Shown here piece after piece: positions 22,474 to 32,434 of a stretch of 64,000 nucleotides of DNA. Both the position numbers and the translations under genes were made by a program. The notes beneath the pieces are model-generated. The model ran no database searches, was not told the DNA's origin, and saw nothing but the letters and a program-made list of their open reading frames with translations. Source of the DNA: Nostoc sp. DedSLP01 (GTDB lineage: Bacteria > Cyanobacteriota > Cyanobacteriia > Cyanobacteriales > Nostocaceae); assembly GCA_034530875.2 (NCBI GenBank), contig JAVRCJ020000023.1, positions 66,778-130,777 of the forward strand, written 5' to 3'. The first letter of the stretch is position 1, and each line of letters starts with the position of its first letter.

Positions 22474-22648
22474 CTAGTGGCGTGGCAAGCTTTAAATGTT
22501 GCAAAGAAATTATAGGTTGGGGAAACCCCAAATTGAGCAAGTAGCATTTGACGTAAGAAAACTCAACGCTACGCTAATATATTTGTTGGATTTCACGTTG
22601 CTCAGCCCAACTTTCTAATGCATTATTCTAGTCTTGTCGCGCCACTAG
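22474..22648. mobile_element. Putative MITE enclosing a REP-like hairpin
   Basis: Terminal inverted repeats CTAGTGGCGTGGCAAG / CTTGTCGCGCCACTAG (14 of 16 match), with CTAG at both ends. Confidence 0.6.
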
Positions 22649-22798
22649 TAGAAAAAAAAGTTTACAAAACTCGTAAAAAGTCACTTAACCGCCAGCGTTG
22701 CTTTCCATAGCAATTCGGAATCATTCGTGAGAAAAGATCATTATTTTACAAGTATTCAAGCCTGGATTAATTCTCACGTATCATTTAGGACTACTATA

Positions 22799-23053
22799 TT
22801 ATTTGTCCTTTGTTGAGATATCAACCACAATTTTATTGTCAATCTTTACGTTTATGACAATACTATCGCAAGGTAGTTGTCCTAATGGGGAATTTGGTTG
22901 GGCTGGTGGGGCTGATGGGACTGGTGGTTCCCATTTTATTGGTAGCCACTTTAATGGTTGCCAACCATTTCCTCCAACGAGGGTAAACGTTTTTTCTTCA
23001 TCTAACTCTGTAATAACTGCAACCTCTTCTCGTTCAAAAGTGATGTTGGACAT
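22799..23053 (-). CDS. Double-glycine leader precursor peptide 1 (84 aa)
   Basis: 28-aa leader ending ELDEEKTFTLVGG, GGAAGGA RBS, adjacent to the C39 exporter. Confidence 0.72.
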   Translation of the reverse strand: MSNITFEREEVAVITELDEEKTFTLVGGNGWQPLKWLPIKWEPPVPSAPPAQPNSPLGQLPCDSIVINVKIDNKIVVDISTKDK

Positions 23054-23568
23054 AACAAATCCTTCCGTCTACAAAATGACTCTGGTCTGGTGAAATTCTT
23101 TTAGTCACTTAACCAAAAATTACAGTAAGTTCCGTTAATATAACTATTCTGTAATCTTTATAAGAAAATATTGACGGGTAGGTAAGAAGTAAGAGATAAT
23201 AATTACTGGTCGCTTACCTTTGACCTTTAATCGTTATCCAGCTTACACCCGCCAATATTCACGTAATATTGTCGTGAGTTGTGATGCCAGAAATAGTCAG
23301 ACCACTATGTTATAAGATGTCACTACACTTATTCGTAAAGGTCGTCTCTAGTCCTTTGTCAGTTGTTGGTAGCAATTGGCAAAGGACTACTGGTTTATAA
23401 GGGTCTTAACGAAATAACGTGTAAGTTTCATACTTATTAGCTTAGTGTTGTCGTGATTTGTAGCGATAATACAAATCATGATAAAGAAATTTTTGGCAAT
23501 ACAAACAAACGGTTAAAGTGACTTTTGTTGAGGTGATAACTCAATTCAGAGCGTACTAGACAGACACA

Positions 23569-23853
23569 TTACCAACCAATGTACGCGCGGTCTCTACTGC
23601 TATCAGAGTAGTTTGAAGCATAAGCATTTCCACCAACTGCTACTGCGGTAGATGTTTGATTGGTTACATTAATGTCATTTTTGCCGCCTTTGACACTTCC
23701 GATCTTAACGTCATTGTCGTTTTTGACATCGATATCTATTTTTTTGGCATAAAAAGAGTAGTCTGCGCCACCACCTACAACTCCACTGATTTCTTCATCA
23801 GCTAACTCTGTCATTACTACGAGGGTTTCTTTCTCAAGTGTTACAACTGACAT
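23569..23853 (-). CDS. Double-glycine leader precursor peptide 2 (94 aa)
   Basis: 28-aa leader ending ELADEEISGVVGG, AAGGA RBS; leader and 5' region homologous to precursor 1. Confidence 0.82.
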   Translation of the reverse strand: MSVVTLEKETLVVMTELADEEISGVVGGGADYSFYAKKIDIDVKNDNDVKIGSVKGGKNDINVTNQTSTAVAVGGNAYASNYSDSSRDRAYIGW

Positions 23854-24808
23854 AAGATTATTTCCTTCTACAAAATGATATTTGCATAGTGCAATTCTTT
23901 CTTTGACTTAACCAACAACTGTAGATAACAAAAGAACTTTTATACTTGAAAAATAGTATTTACTGTTTTTTTGTTAATATCTTTAGATATTCTTAAATGA
24001 ATATATCTAAAGATGAATTTTGTTGGTTGCATCGTTGAATTCACTATATTTATAGAATACAACTATTTAAAAAAAACTATATAAAGAAATGATGAAGTTA
24101 ATAACAAATTTTTTTAAAGATTAATTTTTTTAAGCGATTAAAATTCGATAAAATTTAGTATAAAAAAGTAAGAAAAGTAAAAAGTAAAAGTAAGAAAAGT
24201 ATGAATATTTAAAATAATATTTCCATCATTTAAATATCAAGAATATTGTAAACAGCAAATATAAAAATATTTTTTAATAAATTAAATATATATATTAAAG
24301 TATATTTAATAAATTTAAAATATTTAATAGCATTTACTAATAAATAATTGCTGCAATGCTTATTCAACAGGGATTACAAAAAAATAAAATAATAAATATT
24401 ATCGGAATTAAATAGAATTGCTATGTAAAAACATATAGCTAATATCAAAATTTAAAATTATATTTTTAAATAGTAATTCTCTCAAGTTTTAAAAGCCATT
24501 TACAGTAGTATGTCTATTGTTTTTCATAAAAATGATAGCTCTAAATTATTTATAAATAATAAGATTTTCAACCGATACGTATCAGTCGAAAATCTTAGTA
24601 TTATCTAGTTTAAAAACTTATATTTTACATACTATTTAGTTAAAAAATACTGCAAATTATAGTTAGAAAAATAAAATTTACTACTAGAGAAATAGACTTC
24701 ACGTGACTTATACTCAAACTCACTCGAAGTAGTACTAACGCCAAAGTCGGAACGTAAAAATTAAAACAAAATGTGCGATTAATCGTGTCTAGTACTTAAT
24801 GAGTTATT

Positions 24809-25031
24809 GGAGGATGTTTGCAAAGTATCAGACGAATATAATCCGTCACTACACAAGCGTAGACACGTTAGCAGGTTATTGATTCCTCGAAAAGGGTTTT
24901 CACAGGATGGAGTACGCTAACAAAAAAGCAAAGTTTTTAAACGGTACAAACAGGTTTGGTTTACGTGTAAAATGAACCGCAATTTATATTCGCCAAAACT
25001 AATGATAAATTAGATTTCACAAACATCCTCC
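24809..25031. mobile_element. Putative MITE
   Basis: Perfect 12-bp terminal inverted repeat GGAGGATGTTTG / CAAACATCCTCC; related ends at about 29369-29526. Confidence 0.65.
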
Positions 25032-25097
25032 TTAATCGCACTTCTACAACCTACCCACACCTACATATCCTTATCTGCTTGCTTTAGCTGTATGTAG

Positions 25098-25385
25098 CTA
25101 GGAAGCCTGAACAACTCCATTCACAAACTTCAAGATATTTGTTGTTGCCTCTGTTACTCCATTCACAGTTTTATTTGTCTTTGTTGTGACTGTTCTTTGA
25201 TTTCCAGTCTGTTTGTCTTCAATGGATTGCTCAATGATAATTTGAGTTGCATTGTCTACATTTGAAGCTGAATAAGATATTGTTTCACCACCAACTATTC
25301 CTTTCAATTCGCCATCTCTTAGCTCCTCGATAATAACTTTTTGTTTATGGTTAGATTTGAAGCTAACTCGATTGATATTAGCCAT
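25098..25385 (-). CDS. Double-glycine leader precursor peptide 3 (95 aa)
   Basis: ATG at 25385 after GGAGG; 33-aa leader ending EELRDGELKGIVGG; T/N/V-rich core. Confidence 0.8.
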   Translation of the reverse strand: MANINRVSFKSNHKQKVIIEELRDGELKGIVGGETISYSASNVDNATQIIIEQSIEDKQTGNQRTVTTKTNKTVNGVTEATTNILKFVNGVVQAS

Positions 25386-25430
25386 AATTTCCTCCAAAAA
25401 TGTGTACACAATTTGCGTTTTACATGTCTT

Positions 25431-25475
25431 TACAAATAACAGTTTTTTTAATAGCTTGTCAACAGTTAATACAAA
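25431..25475 (-). promoter_or_regulatory. Putative promoter of precursor 3 (TTGACA -35), duplicated upstream of precursor 4 at 26311-26353
   Basis: Both read TTTTGTAT-n-AACT-n-TTGACAAGCTATTAA..AAACTGTTATTT on the - strand; the -10 match is weak. Confidence 0.6.
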
Positions 25476-26064
25476 ATATCGTACCTTTCAAACTTAACTT
25501 ACTTTTCCTAAATTTATTGTTTCCATTTTTATTTTTTTTAAATAATTGGTATTCACCAATTATAAACAAACAATATTTTTATACTTAAAAAACTTAAATA
25601 CTTTGTGTTTTACCATTATTTAATATTAGCAAAAACTATATAATTGTTTGTTAGCTACTTGCAGAGCTACTGCTAATATGAGCAAAACTACAAATTTTAA
25701 TTGGGATATTGAACCTCTTAGGTTTCAAATCTTTAATTTCAATTTAAACTTTATACTTATAGCACCGATAAAAGTCAGAAGTCAGAATATTCCGACCTCT
25801 GACTAATGTATTAAACAGATAATGAGGAATGCATAACTGGCGTTATACAAGGGATTGAGCGATAACTAAGACGAAATTATAGCAATTTTTTGGTTCAATC
25901 AACTTTTATAAAAATACTAGTTTATCGAGGCTAATATTTTTATATTGGTTGGTTTACTGCTTAATTTTCAAGAATTATCTTGAATTGCTTTATGATGTTA
26001 GTTAGCTCAATCCACCTTATATTTTATAAATTACGCTTTGCTTGTGGATTAGGCAAATCAATTA

Positions 26065-26259
26065 CTATTGAATAGACCCAATACCTGTTAATAATTCATC
26101 GAGAGCATCGGTAGCTCTTACAAGAAAAGTACCCAATCCTCTACCTAGCAAGCCTAATATCCCTATTCCTCCGACTACTGCTTCTAATTCTTCCTCATTA
26201 ATTTCTTCCACAATAACTTCTTGATTGATGGATTGTGCCAAGTTTTCATCGTTAACCAT
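26065..26259 (-). CDS. Double-glycine leader precursor peptide 4 (64 aa), class II bacteriocin-like amphipathic core
   Basis: ATG at 26259 after GGAG; leader ends EEINEEELEAVVGG; core IGILGLLGRGLGTFLVRATDALDELLTGIGSIQ. Confidence 0.82.
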   Translation of the reverse strand: MVNDENLAQSINQEVIVEEINEEELEAVVGGIGILGLLGRGLGTFLVRATDALDELLTGIGSIQ

Positions 26260-26755
26260 GATTTTCTCCAAAAAATTTGTTGTTAGGTGTTTATACCCTT
26301 GATGTAATTAGAAATAACAGTTTGATTAATAGCTTGTCAATAGTTTATACAAAACAACTTACTTTTATGGCTTAACCCACTTTTATTGCTTTTCCTATTT
26401 TTTAGAATCTCACTTTTATTACTTTTATTAATAACATTTTCGCGATTTCCAAAAGTTAAAAAACTTTTAAATATCCTACTTTAGTAGGATGTCTTATACC
26501 AAATTTTGCTTATCTGGTTGATATGCTTGGAGTTTTTCTATGAGACGGTAAATCCATAGATAAGCTTTGTAGAAGTTACTTGCATAGTCCATATAAAAAG
26601 AAATATAGCTTATATCAAAAGGCTGATTTATGAAGTTTAATCATCAATTCATATCATTTCCTTTAATAAGGATATAAATACGTTAATAGGCGCACAGCTA
26701 GCTGTGCACCCTTACCAAATGTTGATATTTAACTGAGTTTGCGTGAGTTTATATC

Positions 26756-26917
26756 AGGACTTACGCACTCAGATCCCCCAACCCCCTTAAAAAGGAGAGC
26801 CACTGTGCCCTTGCGGGTTCCCCGACTTGTAGCAAGTGGCGTGGCTTTAGAGGTTCCCCTCAATTTATCAGGGGGTAGTGGGGGGATCTATCTTTCAGGC
26901 TTCAGTGCGTAAGTCCT
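26756..26917. mobile_element. MITE with nested smaller repeats
   Basis: Perfect 14-bp TIR AGGACTTACGCACT / AGTGCGTAAGTCCT; interior has CCCCCAACCCCCTTAAAAAGG and AGCCACTG...CAAGTGGCGT elements. Confidence 0.75.
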
Positions 26918-26921
26918 ATAT

Positions 26922-27365
26922 ATTAGGTTGTTTGACGTCTTATCCCACAGACTTAACTGATATGGAGCCAGGATTTCCGGCTCCCTTGATTCCACCAGCT
27001 AAAGAAGGAGGATATCCACGCAACAATATGCGAGAAGTATGCAATGCAATCTACTATCACTTGAAAATAGGATATGCTTTCAGGCGATTTCCCACTCCTC
27101 TTAACGGTATAGAGCTATTACAGAAAATGGCAATGCAAGGAAGTGTAGGAAAAATTAAACCATACACTGTGTAGTCAAGCTCGCTATTTCACTAGCTAAA
27201 TCAACACAAACAAGTACGTTAGAAAAGCTCACCGCAGATACTCAGTCAGTAAAAACGCTTGAAAAAAGGAGCCACTGCGTTCGATCGCAGACTTGTTCGC
27301 TGTTGAGAGCCATATATGCTACATCGTCTTGTATCCTAAAGAATTACTTTATAAATAATCTCTAA
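26922..27365 (+). pseudogene. Degraded IS5-family (IS1031-like) transposase remnant
   Basis: SYPTDLTDME..APLIPPAK.GG.PR..MREVCNAIYYHLK followed by frameshifts, a DTQSVKT-like fragment, large deletion, IS-like right end TTACTTTATAAATAATCTCT. Confidence 0.8.
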
Positions 27366-27432
27366 GAGTTCCCTATTCGCTTGAGATCGAAATATGATGT
27401 CCTAACCAATATGTCCGTTGCTATAAATTTTG

Positions 27433-27567
27433 TATTTACAGCAGATTGAAAGTAAGTGAGAACAGGACTGATTCATCAAAGATAAAGAGTTTCTTTCTAA
27501 CTCCTACCTCCTCCGGCCTCAAAACCCGTAATTTTATACTTCATGTAAATGAAAACTGCTGTAAATA
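27433..27567. mobile_element. Putative MITE
   Basis: Perfect 12-bp TIR TATTTACAGCAG / CTGCTGTAAATA. Confidence 0.6.
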
Positions 27568-27717
27568 TAAGAAAAGTAGAGACACTACCATTGCATCTCT
27601 ACAGACTTACTCATTAAAATTTTTACATGAAATTACACCCAGGAAAAAGTAAAACTATTTTGAATTTAAGATTGTACAAATTAATTTGAAAATCTAAAAT
27701 TCAGTGATTTTTTTTAA

Positions 27718-28125
27718 TTAAACTATTCCTGAACCTTTACCGCGTCGGTCATCGTTTTCTCTCAATTCACCTTCTCGATCCTCGTTAATTTCTTCGAGTT
27801 CTTCAACGCGTTCTGCGGTATCTTCTACTGTTTCTTGGCGTGCATCACCTGGTTCTTCGTAGTACATTTCAGGTTCTACTGCATAGTTATTTAACAAACC
27901 TTCTCTGTCTACGGTGTAACCATCAGTGGTACGTATACTTTCCGGATCGGTTTGGTCATCGGTAGCCGAATTTGCTTCTCTTTCTTCTGTGGGACGTGTT
28001 TTAAATTTATCTCCTTCTCTTTCTCTGCGAGCAGCTGTTTCAGCGGGAATAATACCGCGATCGTAGGTATCTACTTCTGCGCGCTCGTGTGAATCTATAC
28101 CTTTTTTAACTGATTCATTAGTCAT
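27718..28125 (-). CDS. Acidic hydrophilic hypothetical protein
   Basis: 135-aa ORF, GAGGA RBS, GYTVDREGLLNNYAVEPEMY motif, coding-like composition. Confidence 0.8.
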   Translation of the reverse strand: MTNESVKKGIDSHERAEVDTYDRGIIPAETAARREREGDKFKTRPTEEREANSATDDQTDPESIRTTDGYTVDREGLLNNYAVEPEMYYEEPGDARQETVEDTAERVEELEEINEDREGELRENDDRRGKGSGIV

Positions 28126-28604
28126 AAATTATGTCCTCGTTAAAGATGTATTGAATAACTTCGAGAACTAGATTAGGCTGTTTTTTATTTACAATCTACT
28201 ATCTTGAGAAGTGATTTAACTTTAACAATTTATACTTTCCTCTATCTTGAGATGTATTCAAAAGACTAGTATTAAAAGTAATTCAATAATGTGAATCGAT
28301 TTAGTTTGAGGCAAACACTCTTTTTCACTTTTCTTGCTTCCCCGACTTTCCATCTGTATCAATCTTAAGGTGAAAGGATATCATCCTTTTCACTCACTTC
28401 TGTAAGAAGCCCAATGCAACGCAAGCATTTAAATCCCACCCTTTTTCAGGAGTGGGATTGCAAGAGATTGAGAAAATGAGGATAGGACTAACTTACAGCA
28501 ATTGTCACGTAAATAGTCCACGTTGTAGGGGCGCACAGCTAGCTGTGCTTCTTTATAAGGATTGTGGTTTAAATAGATGAAAAACGCCCTAATAAATTAG
28601 AAAT

Positions 28605-29033
28605 TTATTCACCTACCATTTGATTCTTCAGTAATTGAATTTCATGGGCTAATTCTTGCCGCGTTGAAGCCTTAATTAGATAACGGAAAATAAACCAGCC
28701 AGCATAAGAAATTCCAATTAATTCAAAAATTGGTGATATTAGCGGAATATCATTGATGGCATCCAGAATTGTTAGCGCTACTTTGGCTGTAACGAACGCT
28801 GACAAAATTAAAAGAACAGTTATCAGAGACTGCTGGTAGTCCTTAAAAAAGTTACTTAAGTATTCTGGTAAGTGCCCCAAAACTTCAAAAATTTGTCTAG
28901 TAATTCGTTGCCATTCCGGTTCTGATGCTGGTGGAAGCTTGGGCAAGTTTGTAGTATTTGTACCTTGAAGTGCTAGAGTGCCTTCTAATGAAGAGGAGTT
29001 AATTGATTCGTGTTGCTGTTGTTGGGTTTCCAT
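28605..29033 (-). CDS. Stand-alone CAAD/CurT-like (CURT1) domain protein
   Basis: LDAINDIPLISPIFELIGISYAGWFIFRYL...STRQEL is the CAAD signature; ATG at 29033. Confidence 0.88.
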   Translation of the reverse strand: METQQQQHESINSSSLEGTLALQGTNTTNLPKLPPASEPEWQRITRQIFEVLGHLPEYLSNFFKDYQQSLITVLLILSAFVTAKVALTILDAINDIPLISPIFELIGISYAGWFIFRYLIKASTRQELAHEIQLLKNQMVGE

Positions 29034-29368
29034 AGTTTTAGTTTTCAGCAATTACAGGAGTTTTAATAACTGACCAAGACGGGGAAAGGGATATAAGCCC
29101 TTAATTTCTTTTTATGGAGACGCAAAGCGCAACAGTTGAAGCGTCCTTACTTCAAGGTCTTAACTGTAGTTAGGGGTTTACTTTCCCCTTTTCGCTTTAA
29201 CCTTTTCTCCGACAAAATCGCTATGACTCAGCGTCAATAATATATAATTATTAAAGTTGTCAGTTGTCAATTATTTGTTTTTAGTAATTAAGTATATCAC
29301 TCATCGTTGATTTGTAAATTGGCTTTTTTGGACAAGTAATAGACTCTGAATGATTTACTCTTAACCTA

Positions 29369-29526
29369 AGAGGTTGTTTGAAAAGTGTTATGTTGTGATT
29401 TGAATTAATCCCCTCAGTCTATTGGGGGAAACAAGAAAATCCCGTTCCTTCCCTTTTATAAGGGCAGGTTTAGGGAGGGGTAAAAAAATATTTTACACAA
29501 TAATCATCAATTTTCAAACATTTTCT
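29369..29526. mobile_element. Degenerate MITE of the AGAGG(A/T)TGTTTGAAAA family
   Basis: Imperfect TIR AGAGGTTGTTTGAAAA / TTTTCAAACATTTTCT around a CCCC..GGGG hairpin repeat. Confidence 0.5.
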
Positions 29527-29711
29527 AAGGCGGAAAAATTTTCTCAATTAACTCCTGTTGTTAGAAAGCTGAAAACTAAAACATAGTAGGAGCATTTACA
29601 GCAGAATTGCTACTAGACATAGTTGAGGTCATCGAATTTAGCAAATTCCCAAAATTCCAATCTGCTGTAAATTTATTTATGGCTGCCTACTTGATTGAAT
29701 TGTTGTTACCT

Positions 29712-30176
29712 TTATTGGTTTTTTGGTGGAGCAACAACAGTTTTCACAACTACACTTTTAACACCTTTAATTTCCTTGGCCAATTTTTCAATCTTAGCAA
29801 GTTGGTCTTTATTGTTTACAGTTCCTCCGACAGTAACAGTTCCATTTTCTGCGGCATCAACTGTGATTTGACCGTTAGGTATATTAGCTTCTAATTTGGA
29901 ACGCACTTCACTTGCTAGGTCTTTTGGATCTCTCTGGGTATCGCCACCAGTGGCATTATTGCGTTGTTCGCGAGCGCGAATATCTTCATTGAGTTGTCTT
30001 CGACGGACATCACTTTGTGCGTCTTTTTGAGAAGCTTCTGTTGTTTGGGCTGTAGGTGCTTGTGCAGCTTCGTTAGGATTAGCAGGTGCAGATTCACTTG
30101 TTTTGGATACGTTATCGCAAGCAGCAGCACCAAAAACTAAAAGGCAACTAATTACGAAGGGAGTTAGTTTTTTCAT
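29712..30176 (-). CDS. BON domain lipoprotein
   Basis: Lipobox GAAAC; C-terminal BON motif ITVDAAENGTVTVGGTV...AKEIKGVKSV. Confidence 0.88.
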   Translation of the reverse strand: MKKLTPFVISCLLVFGAAACDNVSKTSESAPANPNEAAQAPTAQTTEASQKDAQSDVRRRQLNEDIRAREQRNNATGGDTQRDPKDLASEVRSKLEANIPNGQITVDAAENGTVTVGGTVNNKDQLAKIEKLAKEIKGVKSVVVKTVVAPPKNQ

Positions 30177-30350
30177 ACGTTTAATTTTTGATTCGAGGGT
30201 AAAATTTGTTGAAATTTACGGCAGAGGTGTGAGGAGCAAGGATTTAGAATTTAGGAGTCAGAATCCAGAATTCGCGAGTAGAGATTTGATGATTGCATCT
30301 ATATCTATATAGATGTACAGCATGTAGAATTCTAGATTCTGAATTCTCTA

Positions 30351-31658
30351 TTAGATTGTTTCTTCACGACGGTCAACAATCACTACAGCAGGATCGTCTC
30401 TATTTACTTCTGTTGAGTAGTTAGTACGATCGCGATCCAAAACTCCCGTGCCTTGATGGGTTCCTTGGCCGAAACGCGAGTGATATTCCCTTAAATCTGT
30501 AGCATCATAAGTGGCGAATTCTTCAATACCCCGACGTCTGAGGATAGCTTCAGCCTGGTGAATTTCAGCTTCAGTACCATCGACAATTACCAAGTAATCA
30601 CCTCTTTGGAAGCGATCGTTATAAACTCTGGCTCTGTCTTCGGGAATTCCTAAACCAGCCAACGCACCAACAATACCGCCAGCTGCTGCACCGATCGCAC
30701 CACCAGTCAGTGCTGTTGCGATCGCGGTAGCTGCTGCACCACCTGCAATTACCGGGCCGATTCCTGGAATTGCTAGGCTTCCAAGACCAACTAATAAGCC
30801 AGTTAAGCCACCCAAGACGCCGCCTGTAGCTGCTCCAGCTTTTGCACCTTCGTCTGCTTTGTTACCTGCACCGATGTTTTTATTGTCTACACCAGCGATA
30901 CCATGAGTATCTGTATGTTTGGCAATGATTGAGACTCTACTCATGGGGAAACCAGCATCCCGCAATTCTGTCAGTGCTGCTTCTGCATCTCGACGATGAG
31001 AAAATACACCGATTGCGCGTCTGGTTGCTTGCACTGAGGTTGTTGCAGGGGTATATGTACCTGAGCCACTAGTTACATCATGATGAGCAACACCTGTAGT
31101 CCGAGATGTGCTTTCTGGATGGTCGAAAATACCAAACTCTTCAATACCACGGTGACGTAAAATTGCTTCTGCTCTAGCAATTTCTGCGTCTGTACCATCG
31201 ATAATGACTAAATACTGTCCTCGTTGAACGCGTTCGTCGTATACTCTGGCTCGTTCTTCAGGAATTCCTAAACCAATCAATGCACCAAGCAAGCTACCAG
31301 CTACCGCACCGATACCTGCTCCAGCAAGAGTGGTAGCCAAAGCGGTTGCTGCGGCACCAGCCAGCATAATCGGCCCGATTCCGGGAATTGCCAAAGTACC
31401 AAGACCAACTAATAAGCCAGTCAATCCTCCCAAAGCACCGCCGGTAAGCGCTCCCGTCGCAGCGCCTTCATCAGATTTATCGCCGACGCGATCGCGTACA
31501 TCAGCACCAGCTATATCATTACGTTCTCCATCCCGCGTAATGACAGATACTCTGTTCATATCAAAGCCGGCATTTTTCAATTCATGTAGCGCATGTTCGA
31601 CATCTCTACGATTAGAAAATACGCCTACAGCACGTTTATCATGTACACCTACAACCAT
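30351..31658 (-). CDS. General stress protein with two YflT-like/glycine-zipper repeats
   Basis: Twice-repeated RA(V/I)GVFS...ELxxAGF...GLLVGLG.LAIPGIGP...GLGIPE.RARVY unit. Confidence 0.85.
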   Translation of the reverse strand: MVVGVHDKRAVGVFSNRRDVEHALHELKNAGFDMNRVSVITRDGERNDIAGADVRDRVGDKSDEGAATGALTGGALGGLTGLLVGLGTLAIPGIGPIMLAGAAATALATTLAGAGIGAVAGSLLGALIGLGIPEERARVYDERVQRGQYLVIIDGTDAEIARAEAILRHRGIEEFGIFDHPESTSRTTGVAHHDVTSGSGTYTPATTSVQATRRAIGVFSHRRDAEAALTELRDAGFPMSRVSIIAKHTDTHGIAGVDNKNIGAGNKADEGAKAGAATGGVLGGLTGLLVGLGSLAIPGIGPVIAGGAAATAIATALTGGAIGAAAGGIVGALAGLGIPEDRARVYNDRFQRGDYLVIVDGTEAEIHQAEAILRRRGIEEFATYDATDLREYHSRFGQGTHQGTGVLDRDRTNYSTEVNRDDPAVVIVDRREETI

Positions 31659-32434
31659 TATTTTTTCTTCTCCACAGAAAAATCAATTAGTCAAAAATTT
31701 ATAGCTCGGTTATACCTCGTAATAATCCCTATTTATACATGTTTATTTTTATTTTTCCTCAATCGCTTGGAAGAATTTTTTACTCTACCAACAGGCATAG
31801 GCGTTATTATCTAAATAAGTAAAAAAATGATAAGAGAATTTAGACTTTTGATTCAATACTAAAAAACAATTGTTAATTGTATTGATAAATAATTAGAAAA
31901 TTTCTTTATCCAAGAAGTTGCATTTTGCGATGTACGGTTGATGGTATATTTCCATCTCGATAAATCAAACAAGCTTCATGCTTGGGTTTCAGAATAGAAT
32001 TGTTAATTATTTGACTTGAGTTTTGCTGTATAAAAATAATATTTTAGGAGATTGGTACAGATAAATACCTTTAATCTAAAATAGAAATAACTGAATTTTT
32101 TATTAATTCGATAAAATTAAATACTTTCTCCAAATAATTATATTTTCTTTATTGTTTAACTATTTTTACTTATGAGTATACGACTTTTGACAAAAGCCTC
32201 TATTCCCTAAGAAGGTGTAAGCTTGGTCAATTCAAGGTCTAAACTAGGAAATAGACGATTTTATCAAAAAATGTCTATAGGAATCTATTTGATTTGCGAA
32301 CGAGACTCAGTAGGCATCTATCCTATATATCGTCTTCCCTACTATCCGCTGGCGCTGTGCTTGGCGCACTGCACAAATAAATTCATTAATCAACCGGATT
32401 CCTATATTTGATTAAGTAAAAGTGAGATAATAGT

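Noticed and set aside
22799..26259. Precursors as classical NHLP/Nif11, lanthipeptide or azole RiPPs
   Set aside because: Leaders are only 28-33 aa, cores have almost no Cys and no modifying enzyme is adjacent; trans-acting modification cannot be fully excluded.
26878..27174. Intact 98-aa gene
   Set aside because: Chimeric read-through from a MITE into a frameshifted IS5 transposase fragment.
31330..31704. Antisense ORFs over long genes (this one and many others in the track)
   Set aside because: Shadow frames of well-supported opposite-strand genes, with no recognisable motifs.
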